The notes beneath the pieces were generated by a model. The model saw only the letters and a program-made list of their open reading frames with translations, was not told the origin of the DNA and did not search any database. From contig JANJGN010000012.1 of assembly GCA_026770705.1 (NCBI GenBank), positions 69,998,001-70,062,000 of the forward strand: a stretch of 64,000 nt of DNA, in the 5' to 3' direction. The translations under genes were made by a program, and so were the position numbers. Positions 12,920-24,650 of this stretch are shown here, piece after piece; within the stretch, counting starts at the first letter, position 1, and each line of letters starts with the position of its first letter. Origin of the DNA: Isurus oxyrinchus (taxonomy: Eukaryota).

Positions 12920-14176
12920 GGGTGGAATCGTCCCAAGTTTGCACTAAATACGGTAGCAGGTGGGTAAAATGATGTTTTACAAGCTGGCCGCTATGGTGGC
13001 TTTTCATGTCGTGTCATCCCAAACCCGCCGTATTAGTTATGCATTCCCACCACATCGCCACTTCATCACACCGGGTGCCACACTTAAAGTACAGCCGCGT
13101 GAACACCACTCAGTGCTTCCAGCCCAGGATGGCTGCAAATAAGACATGGCCCCAAAAGGCAAGAAGACTGCCACCCCTAGGTTTAGTGATGTGTCTCTTG
13201 AGTGCCTTTTGGATGCTGTGGAGGCTGGCTGTGATGTCCTCTACCCTGCTCTGGCTGCAGGACGGGCAGCAAAATTACCGCTCCAGCTTGGTGGGCGATG
13301 GCAGTGGTGGTCAGTGCCAATGCTGCACAGAAGAGGTTGCCCAAAGCAGATAGAGGATGAATGACCGCATTTTTGCAGCCAGGGTAAGGCAACCATCTCA
13401 TCATTATAAACTCACACACTCACAGGCCCATCACACATTCGCTGGCATCTCACTCACGGCCAGCTCAAGGGACATCACCACTCACTCTTTCACACACACC
13501 CTCACATCTCCATTTGGACACATCTCTTCTAAAGACTGCCTCCTTAGCCCTCACCATTTTGTGGCCACTTGCACAGATCGACATGTGCCCACACACACAC
13601 TCTGAGATACCCTCCTTCCCCAGTACAGCCCTCACCCTGCAGCCTCTTACCTTGCCTGAGGCCACTTCTCCCCCTTCCTCAAGCAAGCCCCAACCCTGCA
13701 GCCATACCAAGCCACCCCTGCCTTATGGCCGGTCTGGTAGGTACAGACCTGCCCATGAGTCCCTCTAAAAGTGCTGTGGTATTGTCTATGAAGCCTGGCG
13801 CTTATACCTCGAGTGCTGCCCGAAGCAAGGTAGGCAAACAAACCTCAAAATCCTGAGTGAAGTGCAGCTCACCAGGTGCATGTCACTTATGTACAGTTCT
13901 GAAACCTGTCGGTGTACAATCACGCCAACGTGGGCAGGCGATCCAGTATGGGGGGGGCATGAGTCCGGTGGCCTCATCTAATAATGATATGCAGATATAT
14001 TACAATGAAGTTCCCGACGTCCCACAGTGGGAAATGCAACCCGCCATCAACGGGCTGAGCAGACAATGGCAAACAAATTTCACGACGCCGTGAAACCGTT
14101 TTTTGGCCTTCTTGCCATATTGCCCTCTCACACTGCCAAGCATGCCCAACGCCAGTAGGCACAGATAATTCCACCC
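12920..14176 (+). mobile_element. Non-autonomous PIF/Harbinger element carrying Myb/SANT exon 1 remnant, inserted in the Gypsy gag
   Basis: TIRs GGGTGGAAT...ATTCCACCC. 3-bp TSD TAG (12917-12919 and 14177-14179). MAPKGKKTATPRFSDVSLECLLDAVE at 13146, with donor ccagg|gtaag at ~13384. Left end is homologous to the rc of 41130-41257. Confidence 0.9.
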
Positions 14177-14843
14177 TAGATTTCATCTCAGCCTAAAATA
14201 AATGTCAAAGGTTTTGAGAATGGACTCAAAGTCCACGTGGACCCCCTATCTTAGGAGAATGTCATCTGCTCCTGGACCTACTGCATAAAGAAAGGAGCTG
14301 ACTTGAAGCTTTTGCTCCTTTTCATGATGGCCTGATGCTACTCGGTACCAGAGAAAATGGTGTTTCCATTACTCCCACTGCTGGCCTCTCCACTGGCCCT
14401 CGAGGCTGTCAAACGGGCAGGGTAGGGGCAGCGGCTGCTCACCAGGTACGGTCATTATTACCTCTCTCCAGTGGGTCTCCCTCTTCTATTGGCTTCTTAC
14501 GAGCTGCTACTGAGATTTCCTTTACTCCTTCGATAGCTCGAATGTATTTTTTTTACATCAATGTCTGCACTACTGCCACCATGTTCTGAGATGGTCCTTC
14601 TGTCTTGGACTCTACGTGTGGGACTTGGTTTGTGGACAAACTGTAGACATACTCTGGTGTCTGCTTAACACTTATTTATTAGTTCCAACTCTAAGCAGGT
14701 TAGAGTAGGCATCTTGCTCCTAGGCATGGTGTTCCACCCTCTCTTTCTCAAGAGATTCTAACACATGATTGACTGATATCAGCCATACATCATCATCTAT
14801 GGCATAAATTAGCACAGCCCATCAATTAACCCTTTATACTACA

Positions 14844-15035
14844 AGCCCAATGCATCCCAGCACAGCCCAGCACCTCTCAGTACAGCCCAGCACAATGCAA
14901 CACATCCCAATACAGCCCAGCACCTCTCAGTACATCCCAGCAAAGCCAAATGCATTCCAGTGTAGCCCAGCACTTCCCAGTACAGCCAGACAGATCCCAG
15001 TACAGCCCAGCATCCCCCAGTACATCCCAGTACCA
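14844..15035. repeat. 10-bp minisatellite, right half
   Basis: agcccaatgcatcccagcacagcccagcac.. same unit as 10612-10922. Confidence 0.9.
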
Positions 15036-15634
15036 CAACCAGTAATTCTTTTACAGAACAAGCTAGGCCAAACTTTGATTCACTCTTTGCCTGCTCTCTT
15101 TGTTATATTTTGTTATGTCTTGATTGGAACTGAATATTGCACAAAACCTGAATGAAGGTGAGTGGATTTCAACTTGCAGAAACCTTTATGTGAGCTGGAA
15201 TCACAGTGCCATCACATCTGCTGAAACATGTTCACTTCAGACCATTATCCAGACCACCTCAAAGAAAGCAGAATCCCAGCTGCCAGTGAGCTTCTCACTG
15301 TGTTTACTGCAGTCAGGTTAGAAAAAGATTGTTATTTCCCCTCTCTTTCTGTCAGGAGCCCTTCAAAATTTAAAGCCGACATCTTGTGTTTTTTGTTTGC
15401 AGATTAAAATAAAGGTAGGACCATGGCTGGTGATATAGTTTCAACTGCATGTTTCTGATTTAACCCTTTCTGACCCTGAGTGTCCTTGATTTCTGGAATC
15501 TAAGTCGATCAGGATCATTGTTTGTTTCCACACCTTCTCCTTTGGGGAATTGGCTTATGATTTTATGATACGTGTGCATAAGAGTGCAAGACAACTCACA
15601 GACTGTCAGAACTCACCATGGTACTGAACTGTAG

Positions 15635-15915
15635 TGATGATGTAACCCAGGGCTGGACTAATGATCCAGAGAATGTGAGTTCAGATCCCACTTTGAGAAT
15701 TTGAATCCAGTTTATAAAATGTGGAAATAAAAGTCTGGTATCAGTAAAAGTGACCATGAAGCTGTTGGATTGTCAGAAAATCCCAACTCTTAGTCCTTTA
15801 GGGAATGAAATTTTCTCTTCTTACCCAGTCTGGCCATGTCTCCAGTCTTCCACTAAGCGGCCTAGAAAACTGTCCAATTGTATCTAGGATTGAGCAATAT
15901 ATGGCAACCTTGCCT
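15635..15915 (+). mobile_element. tRNA-headed SINE sharing head/body with the LINE-A 5' region and tail with the LINE-A 3' end
   Basis: ctggactaatgatccagagaatgtgagttcagatcccac (B box), then gtcctttagggaatgaaa..cttacccagtctggcc, then taggattgagcaatatatggcaaccttgcc. Confidence 0.7.
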
Positions 15916-16422
15916 CTCAGCATATCAAATTTCTCCAAGGGGTCTTTAAAATGGCATCTCATTAATGCATTCAAAGGAATATAGTCGTCAGAGGCTCCTA
16001 ATAAAAGGTCATTATGTTTTTAACAGCTGCCTGAATGGTAAGGCTGACTTTATTGTGCTGGGTTTTTTTTAACCGATATAATGCACACAAAGATATTAAA
16101 CTTCTTGCCCAGTGAGGGGAGGTGGTTGTCAGTAGCGTATGTGCATTCCTGGAGGATGTAGCTGACTCTCCTCAGATTATTCGAACTGATCCTTTTATTC
16201 ATTTCAAGTGGCATTGAATGACCATGCGGGAGGAGTTCCAAAGCCGCTAATGCAGGGTTCGGGCATGTTACCTTATCCTGAGTACTTCAGCCAAAGCTCA
16301 ATCACAACCATTGGAAATCAAGTCTGTTTTCATTTGCCCTGCTGCTTGTCCTTCTTTTCTTCATCTTCTTTTCATCATTCCTTTCCTTCCCTTGCCTTTC
16401 CCCTTCCAATGCTTATCCTTAT

Positions 16423-16854
16423 GGTTGACGGGCGGGTGAATAGGCCAGGCAGCCTTGGCATTTTTGAGGAAACTTCATCCATGGGCGGGATGGATGTTTC
16501 CAACAGTAATTTAAAAAAAAAATTTTGGAACATCATTTTCATTATGTCCCTGTTCATGTGACAGAGTTTCCCTTATTTTTAAAATCTTTATTTTTCATTT
16601 TAAAATTCTTCAGTTCCTTGAGGCAGCTCTCTGCCTTCAGGGAGCTTCCAGTGCGCGCTCCCTCGCTCATGCGCAGACTTTAGCGCTCACGCTCCTCCCA
16701 CCCTCGCCCTGGCAGTGCTGAGGCTCTCAATTGGCTATTAAATGGCCAGCCAGTGTGAAATTGCAGTCAGAGAGCGATCGCAGGCTGCGTTCTGTTTCAC
16801 TGCCATTCCTGGGCCTGCCCACTGCGCCCACCTGACAAAGGGAAAATCCTGCCC
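16423..16854. mobile_element. Harbinger-type MITE, left-truncated
   Basis: Ends ggaaaatcctgccc, a TIR similar to 41246-41257, with a GC-rich subterminal region. Confidence 0.6.
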
Positions 16855-17751
16855 ATTGTCTCTACTGGAGGGAGCAATTAGATTCTCGATGTCTTTAGAA
16901 GTACCTTGCCTGGCAACAGAGTGGGGTTCCATTACCTCTTAGGGAGTCACCCTGCAGCATTCCAGCCAGTGGCTCGTGTGCATTTTTGAAAACTTAGGCC
17001 CTATTTTTAAAGTCCAATATTTCTGGGTGAAGTTCAGTGTTTCTCTATCATTATCATGACACTTACTTTGGGAAACAGTTCTAGTGAACTGAATGTTTGT
17101 TTTAATTAAATTGGAATTTACAGCAGTTCACCAACTGGGACTTTGAGAGAAACTAAGCTGGCAGGCAATTCTTCAGTCCCATTTCTTTATGGTCTGTTGG
17201 ACATATCCCCTTGAAGTAGCTCATGTCCAAGAGGATTACACAAATAATGAATCATTAAACCCACACAAGCGCAAGTTGCCTTGAGACAAAGAATATAGAT
17301 GTTCTGTTTGAAGACTGTCAACATGTTAGGTAGCAATTTGTGTCCACATTGCATGGTTATCAGCCTCCAAGCAATGCCAACAGTGATACTGGGGAATGTG
17401 CAGAGTTGGACAGATTGGGAGCCCATACAGCTGACCTTATGTTTGTTTTCCGTGACTATCCACAAGCTGGGAAGCCCTATAGCCAGTCGCCTTGTTTGTG
17501 ATGGATGTTACCCGGTTAGCAATATCACCGGGGCACTGTCACAACATGACTTCGTTTGGAAGCAGTGAACTCTCAGGATGATGAGGTCAACTAGCAGCCA
17601 TATTTAACAAATATTTAATAAATATTTAACAAACCATTGGAAGAATTTTGACCAGAGCTTCTGAGTGTGCAACTAATGGCGAGCCCTCCCTGCTGTTTGT
17701 AGGAGCTCATGCAAAGCTGAGAGGGATGTTCTTAAAGAAAGACAAAAAAAG

Positions 17752-17940
17752 AGCTTGCATTTATATGGAGCCTTTCATGACCTTAGGACATCCCATCATG
17801 TTTTGCAATCAATGAAGCACTTTTTGGAGTGTAGTTACTGTTTTAATATTGGAAAGACAGCAGCCAATTTACACACAGCAAGCTCCCACAAGCTGCAGTG
17901 TGAAAATGCCCTGATAATCTATTTATTAGGTCTTGCTTAG
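17752..17940 (-). mobile_element. DeuSINE/SacSINE-like SINE 3' fragment
   Basis: cttgcatttatatggagcctttcatgaccttaggacatccc..cagccaatttacacacagcaagctcccac. Confidence 0.7.
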
Positions 17941-19639
17941 GGCAGCATTTTGGGATCTCTGCAGCATATAAAGTGCTACATTGGGAAATTCCAACACTCA
18001 GTTAAACTCTACAATTGCTGCTCACTTGCAATGGATGTGAATTCCAGTCAGTAGCAACTGGAGTGACGGCTCATTCACCTAAAAGAAGAAATAGGCCCAG
18101 TTATCTTCAATCAAATTTTTCCCCTTTCATAGTTGCTTGGAATGAATCCAAGACAACAGGATCCAAACGTTTGCAACATATAGTCTGAGATTTTATTAAT
18201 CAGTGTGAGTGAAGGTGTTTTCATTGACAGTGAGTAGAATCTAAGGGTCTCCCAGCAACAATTTCCCTGCAGACCTTCCATTCATTACTGTAACTACCCG
18301 AATACATTGCTGCCAATGGTATCTTGCTTACAAGCCAAACATTCTTGACCATTATAAATCCTCCACTTGTGTTGTCCAAACTGGTGGCAGGTAACACATC
18401 CCCTGGTCAGTATACAGGGGCAAACCCAACATTGAGGACAAGTTTTACTTTGGCATTGATCATCAAAAAGAGCAAGACAGATCCCATACGCTGGAACACT
18501 GAGGCTGTCTTTATTCCTTAAGCAGCCCATATGAAAATAGCTTACACCTGTTTTTAAATAAGAGCTTGGAACTCCCAGTGAATGGCACTTGGTGGGTGTG
18601 GGGATTAAACTGCTCAAGGCTTTGTGCAGAATCCTCTGAATGAGGGCTGCAGAAGTTTAACTCCCAGGCAGGAATGCAGCCTAATGAGTGGCCAGCGGGA
18701 GGTGGGAGCAGTTTAACAACCGGGTCTCATGCACTGGCCAACTTCCCGATCAATACAGCCTGGAAGTTGGGGGGCTGGTGGGGAAGAGGCTTTTTGTCTG
18801 TTAAAATCAGCTGCCAGCTGGGCCCCAAGGTAAATGCGGGAATGGAAGATGAAAATGGGTTCTAGGGCAGTCTGTGTGCTGGGAACGAGGTGGGTGCAGA
18901 TTCCAGGCAGGGAAGGCTTACACATCGCTTCTGGGATTCAGGGGAACAATCTGTAACTCTTGGGTCGACAGAGGGAAGGTATAAATTTGCCAGGGAGGTG
19001 CCTCATTTCTGGTTGACCATCCCCCATAAACCCCACCACTAACTTTAGCTTGTCACGGAAGCTGCAGCCATTTCCCCGTTCAACCAATGTTAAAATGGCA
19101 GTCAAACCCCAATAACCTCATCAGGACACAACTGACATGTTCAAAGGTTGACCCCTCCAGCCTCAGAAAGCTAACTTTCCACCTGAAATTTAAAATCACA
19201 ACCCCTTGAATCGGGGGGAGGGGCTTTGAATTAGTAATGTTGCAATCCTGTCACAACGAGTGCTTGCTCTGGTTGTAAGTGAGAGCGGCTGTTACTAACT
19301 GGGGGAAGATTAGGGATTTATTCTTAAGTGTGTTTAAGAACCGGTTTCCACTTGTGTAGAGGAAGATAAGGGAGTCTGTGCCTGTGTTCTGTGGGTTATA
19401 TGAATAAACTTATATTAAGGAAACATTGCCTTCACTTTGCTTAGTGAACAAGCAGCAGCTTAGAATCAGTCCTAAGCTCCATTTCAAAACTCCTTCCCCA
19501 GCCTGGGTGTCTGTCAGGTGGATCCAGTTATAACTTCACCATCCCCCATCCCCACTTCCCGCATCCAACTAACAAAATGTTTGAGAACTTCAGAAGTAAT
19601 GGTGAGCAATCACATCTCTCTTAACAGGAAAAGCATAGT

Positions 19640-21500
19640 CAACAACAACTTATATTTATCCAGAACTTTCAACAAAGTAAAATGCTCCAAGATACTTCAG
19701 AGGAGAATTATAAAACCAATTATGACACCGAGCCACATGAAGCGATATTAAGTCAGATGACCAAAAGTTCAGAGAGGTAAGTTTTAAGAAGTGTCTAACA
19801 CGAGAAAAGTGATGTAGAAAGGTCATTTGCAGGGACAGAATTCCAGAGCTTGGGGCTGAGACAACTGAAAGCTTGGTCACCAAAGATGGAGCAATTATAA
19901 CTGGGGATGCTCAAGATGTCAGAATTGGATGAGTGCAGATATCTCAGGGAGTTGTGGAGTTGAAGGAGATTACAGAGATAGGGAGGGGTGAGGCCCTGGA
20001 ACGATTTGAGAACAAGGTTAAGAATTTTAAGATCAAGGTGTTGCTTTGACTGGGAGCCTATTTAGGCCAGCAAGCATGAGGTGATAGAATGGGACTGGGT
20101 GCAAGTTAGGACATGGGCAGCAAAGTTTTAGGTGACCTCAGGTCTACGATGGTAGAATGAGGGAGACACACCAGCAGTGCATTGGCATAGTCATGTCTAG
20201 CAGTAACAAAGGCATGAATGAGGGTTCAGTAGCAGAGCTGGGACAGGGAAGAAGTTGGACCATGTTACCAAGGTGGAAATAGGCTGTCTTAGTGATGACG
20301 CAAATATGAGGTTCGAAGCTCATCTCAGGGTCAAATATGACACCAAGGTTGTGAACAGACTGGCTTAATCTCAGACTGCTGCCAAGAAGAGGGATGGAGT
20401 TGGTAGTTAGAGAATGGAGTTTGGTGCAGGGGCCAGAAACAATGGCTTCAGTCTTCCCAATATTTAATTCTGTTCACCCAATACTAGATGTCAGATAAGC
20501 AGTCTGATAATTTAGCAACAGTGGTGTAGACAAGAGAGGTGATGATGAGGGAAAGCTGGATGGCATCAGTGTACGTGTGAAAAGTGATGCTTTTTTTAGG
20601 AGGAGATTGTTGAAGGATGGCATGTAGATGAAAAAGAGGAAGGGGACAAGGCTAGACACTTGGGGGGGCACCAGAGGTAACAGTGGGAGCAGGAAGAGAA
20701 ACCATTGCAAGTGATTCTTTGGCTGTGATTAGATAAATTAAAATGGAACCAGGTGGTCCGACCCAACTGGACAACTATGGAGAGGCCTGGGAGGAGGATG
20801 GGTGGCCAACTGTGCAGACAGGTCAAGAATGACTGGGAGGGATAGTTTATCTTTGACACAGTCACACAGGATGTCATTTGTGACTTTGATAAGAGGTATT
20901 TTGGTATTGGGCAGAAACCTGATTGGAGGGATTCAAACATGGAATTCTGGGGAAGATGGGAAAAGATTTGGGAGTTGACAACATGTTCAAGCACTTAGAG
21001 GAAAGGGAGGTTGGAGATCAGAGAGTAATTTGCAAGGTCGGTGCGGTCAAAGATTGGTTTTTTTTGAGGACAGTGTTGATGACAGCAAAATTAAAGGAGA
21101 GAGGGACAACACCTGAAGAGAGAATTATTTATAGTATTGGCTAACATGGGGACTAGGAGGGCAAGTTGGGTGATCAACAGTTTAGTGGAAAGTGAATGGA
21201 AGGAACAGTGGGTGGGTCTCATGGACAAAATGAACTCAGAGAGGGCATGAGGGGAGATATGAGAGAAAATGGAGAAGGGTGCAAGTTCAGGGCTAAGGCA
21301 GGGGTAAACTTTAGAGGAAGTTTGGCCAGCTGGGCTAGAGGAAGCAAGGGATACAGTAGAAATGGCTGATCAATTGGTCTTGATTTTAGTGACAAAAAAG
21401 ACAATGAGTTCCTTGCACTAATTGTTTTGAAGTGAGGGTGGCGGAGACCTGGAAAGGGGTTTAAGAAGATGGTTTGCAATACATAAAAGAAGCTGGGTGT
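19640..21500 (-). mobile_element. L2 LINE 3' ~1.9 kb (decayed RT)
   Basis: ORF 20596-20994 reads LEHVVNSQIFSHL..NSMFESLQSGF. L2-type 3' end aacaacaacttatatttatccagaactttcaac. Confidence 0.85.
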
Positions 21501-22009
21501 TCTTTTAAATCATTACAACCATAGCCAGGCTTCTTGCTAAATTCTTCATCTTCCATCACAACATGTCGAATCCTGCTCCCTGGCAGAGTATTAACTGTTT
21601 GATATCTATGTCTATCACGCAACTGATAAACCAAAATTCAATAGAAGCAAGTCCAGGCTTGTTTTCTGCAGTATATTTCAAGCAGAACCGGTGTTCTACA
21701 TCCCACTCAGACTGCCCATTGAGCTTTAATGGTTGACTCTCATTGTTAACCTTTTTTCGCCATGTCTTCCATTTGATGATAAATTTTGATAAATAGAAGC
21801 TACCCTCATGGGACCATTTGCTGACCTCACACCATTGCCAGGAAGCTTTCCAAGAACATTGAGAAATTGTGAACAGCATGCACCTCCACACCTCATCACC
21901 TTCACCCCTTCCCACACCCCCACACCCCCCCGCACCCCCCGATTTGCTGATTTGCAAAGGAGGTGAGCAAGGTTCCGTGTTGGCACTGCAGATTTAGAAT
22001 TGCATTCCC

Positions 22010-22450
22010 TCTTAGTGTCAGCTTGACTCTGCTGTCCACATTCTCAGCTCTTGAGACTGAAAGTTTTGTATGTGCAAGTCCTAATCTGGAGACTTGAGCA
22101 CATAACCTAGGCTGACACTTCAGTGCAGTACTAAGGGAGAATTACCAGACATGCAGCTTTTCAGATCAGACTTCAAATTAAGGAATGGCCTGTTCGCTCA
22201 AGGTATATGTTAAAACTTGCGTGACAGTGTTTGAAGAAGAGCAGAAGAATTCTCCTTGGGCCGGGTTCCCCCTCAACCAACATCATCAAAAGCAGATTAA
22301 CGAGGCCTTTACTGCCTCGTTGCTGTCTATGGGATCTTGCTATGTGTGAATAAGCTGCCACACAACAATTGCAGAAAAAGTAATTGATTGTTCATAAAGC
22401 ACTTTGGGATGCCCCATGAGGGTGTGATGTGCCATGTAAAAGCAAACCCT
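22010..22450 (+). mobile_element. Near full-length DeuSINE/SacSINE-like SINE
   Basis: Head ..tgcaagtcctaatctggagacttgagcacataacctaggctgacacttcagtgcagtact.., tail taaagcactttgggatgccccatgagg. Confidence 0.7.
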
Positions 22451-23069
22451 TCCTTTATTGGGACAGAGATCCTCTGTGTGTTCTGGATTCAGTTTTCTGT
22501 CAGACATAGGTTTAAAGATGTACAATCTGAGCTCAATCACAACGGCAAAAGCATCACCACCCCTGGTCTATTTAATGCTACTGGGTGTGGATAGAATGTG
22601 ATAACTCTGCTTCTCTCTGGTTGAGGCATCTGGAAATGGCAATCTGACAGATACTGGCAAGCAAAGTGGTCTCACTGTATTAAAGGGAATGTGATGGCAC
22701 AGTGCTGGACACATACTGCAGGGCAACAACTGAGCCCTGAGAGAAAGCCTGTCAGATGACAGAACGTCAGATACATGGCAGCAATTGTGACCTACAGCAC
22801 AGAAAGAAAAGTGAACCAGTTGGCAGCCTCAGATAGATGTCTGTAAATTCAATGCCCCCATATCTAATAGAACAGTTCTGTTGTTGAGGTCAGTTCAAGC
22901 ACCCAGAGCGGGAATGCCAGCAAAGGTGTCTGAAGGAGCTTTGAAGTGGACTCTCAGAATGGTGATGCTCCATGTGGGTATGGGGACAGCAAACTTACAA
23001 AATACCATCACAGGCAGCTGAAGAAATGCATTGGATCCAAGGATAAAGATCACAGAATTTCCCTATTCT

Positions 23070-23460
23070 TCATAAGAACAGGGGAGGTCATCCAACCCCT
23101 TGAACGTGTTCCACAATCCACAGCCAATCTTAATGTGTCTCTGTAACCCTCAATATCTACTTAACAAAAATCTACCAGTCTCAGTTTTGAAATGCTCAAT
23201 TGACCTTAAAAGCCTTTTGGAGGAGAAGATTCCTGATTTCCACTATCCTTCCTGATATTACTCCTGAACAGCCTAGCTCTAATTTTACGGTTATGCCCCC
23301 TTGGTCTGGATTCCCCCACCAGAGGGAATAGTTTCTCTCCATCGAACCTATTAACTCCCTGAATCATCTTAAGCACCTCAATTAGAGCACCCCTAATCTA
23401 CAGACAATGGAGCATTAAACTAATCGAAGCAACCTGTCTTCAGAATTTAACTCTTTTAGC
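23070..23460 (-). mobile_element. CR1 3' fragment
   Basis: cataagaacagg..ttatgcccccttggtctggattcccccaccagagggaatag. Confidence 0.75.
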
Positions 23461-23496
23461 CTCTATATTGGAGTGAGCCAGTGGCAGAATTCCTGC

Positions 23497-23637
23497 AATA
23501 AAAACAGAAAATGCTGGAAAAACTCAACAGGTCTGGCAGCATCTTTAGCGAGAGAAACAGATTTAATTTTTCAAGTCTGTATGACCCTTCTTCAGAGCAG
23601 ACTTGAGATTTCCAGCATCCGCAGTATTTTGCTTTTA
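23497..23637 (-). mobile_element. Penelope-like terminal repeat fragment with decayed hammerhead core and inverted tail
   Basis: aaaacagaaaatgctggaaaaactcaacaggtctggcagcatc; rc ctgaagaagggtcatacagacttgaaa; followed by an opposite-orientation gatttccagcatccgcagtattttgctttta. Confidence 0.75.
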
Positions 23638-24257
23638 TCCTAGGGCAGAATGCCTGCCTCTGACTCAGAAGGTTATGGATTTGAGCCACATTCCAGAGAA
23701 CCCTGGTGAACAGAAAGGGAAGTTCCGGCCACCAAAATAGCTGGCTGACATCCAACTGAATACCCTTGTCCGGTTGGAGTGAAGTGACACTCGCTCCACC
23801 CCTCCCACCCGTTGTTTCCCCTGGTGGGGAACTGTGAGTTAGGGTAATGGCCAGCACCAACAACCCAAAGCCTCATCTGCTGGGAGGGAAAGCAGTGGAA
23901 GAAATAGGCAGCCTGGTGTGCAGCTCGGCATGGAGGAGAAAAAAGGAATAGTCTAATCTGTGAACACGAAGTTGAGCCTGGTTTGGTTGTGTTGTCCTTT
24001 GGTTGAGGCGATGTTATGCATCTGGAGAAGGAGTATGATGGGAATGGCTGAACTCTGAGGGCTTTTGGTGTTTTGAGCATCATCCGCACACAGGCTGCAC
24101 TCTAATACTGGAAGGGTGCGTTGAACAGCAGGGCTGTTGAGATATTGTTAATGCTGCCTTTAACATTCTCCTATGAGAATGAACACCCAATAAATCTCCT
24201 GCAGCAACCTGAACCCTGTGGGCCACGTAGCACCTGCTGAGAAAAGAATAAAACAAT

Positions 24258-24650
24258 GAACTTGCATTTCTACAGCGCCTTTCAGGGCCTCAGGATATCC
24301 CAAAGTGTTTTACATCCAAAGAAGTATTTTTGAAGAGTAGTCACTGCTGTAACAGATGAAACACAGCAGCCAATTTGCACATGACGGCAATGATCAAGTA
24401 ATCTGTTTTCATGATATTGGTTCAGGTAAGAATATGAGGGAAAACTCCATGAATGATGCATTGGGATCTTTTATATTCACGTGAGAAGGAAAACAGGACT
24501 TCAATTTAAATTCTCATCTAAAAGATTGTGCCTCCAACAGTGCAGCACTCCCTGAGAACTGCACTGGAATCTCAGCCTGGATATTATACACAGGCCTCTA
24601 CAATTTTCTAACTCGGAGACATGGTGCTCACTGAGCTACAGCTGAGGTAG
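24258..24650 (-). mobile_element. DeuSINE/SacSINE-like SINE
   Basis: aacttgcatttctacagcgcctttcagggcctcaggatatcccaaag..cagtgcagcactccctgagaactgcactgg. Confidence 0.75.

Larger units (their letters stand above)
10923..14843 (-). mobile_element. Gypsy-type LTR retrotransposon, non-autonomous (gag plus protease remnants, no RT/IN seen)
   Basis: Paired LTRs ~10923-11165 and 14582-14843 (shared agagtaggcat..cctaggcatggtgttcca..gactgatatca..cctttatacta). PBS rc tggtggcagtagtg at ~14568-14581. PPT rc ggggggagg at 11166. Protease FKVDTGAG (ORF 12060-12299). Zn-knuckle remnant KTGHF near 12460. Confidence 0.85.

Noticed and set aside
15153-15414. ATGAAG|gt joined to the 12-nt segment would give MKIKIK, reminiscent of the ANAPC11 N-terminus
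   Set aside because: Six low-complexity residues with no downstream RING-H2 exons seen; chance similarity.
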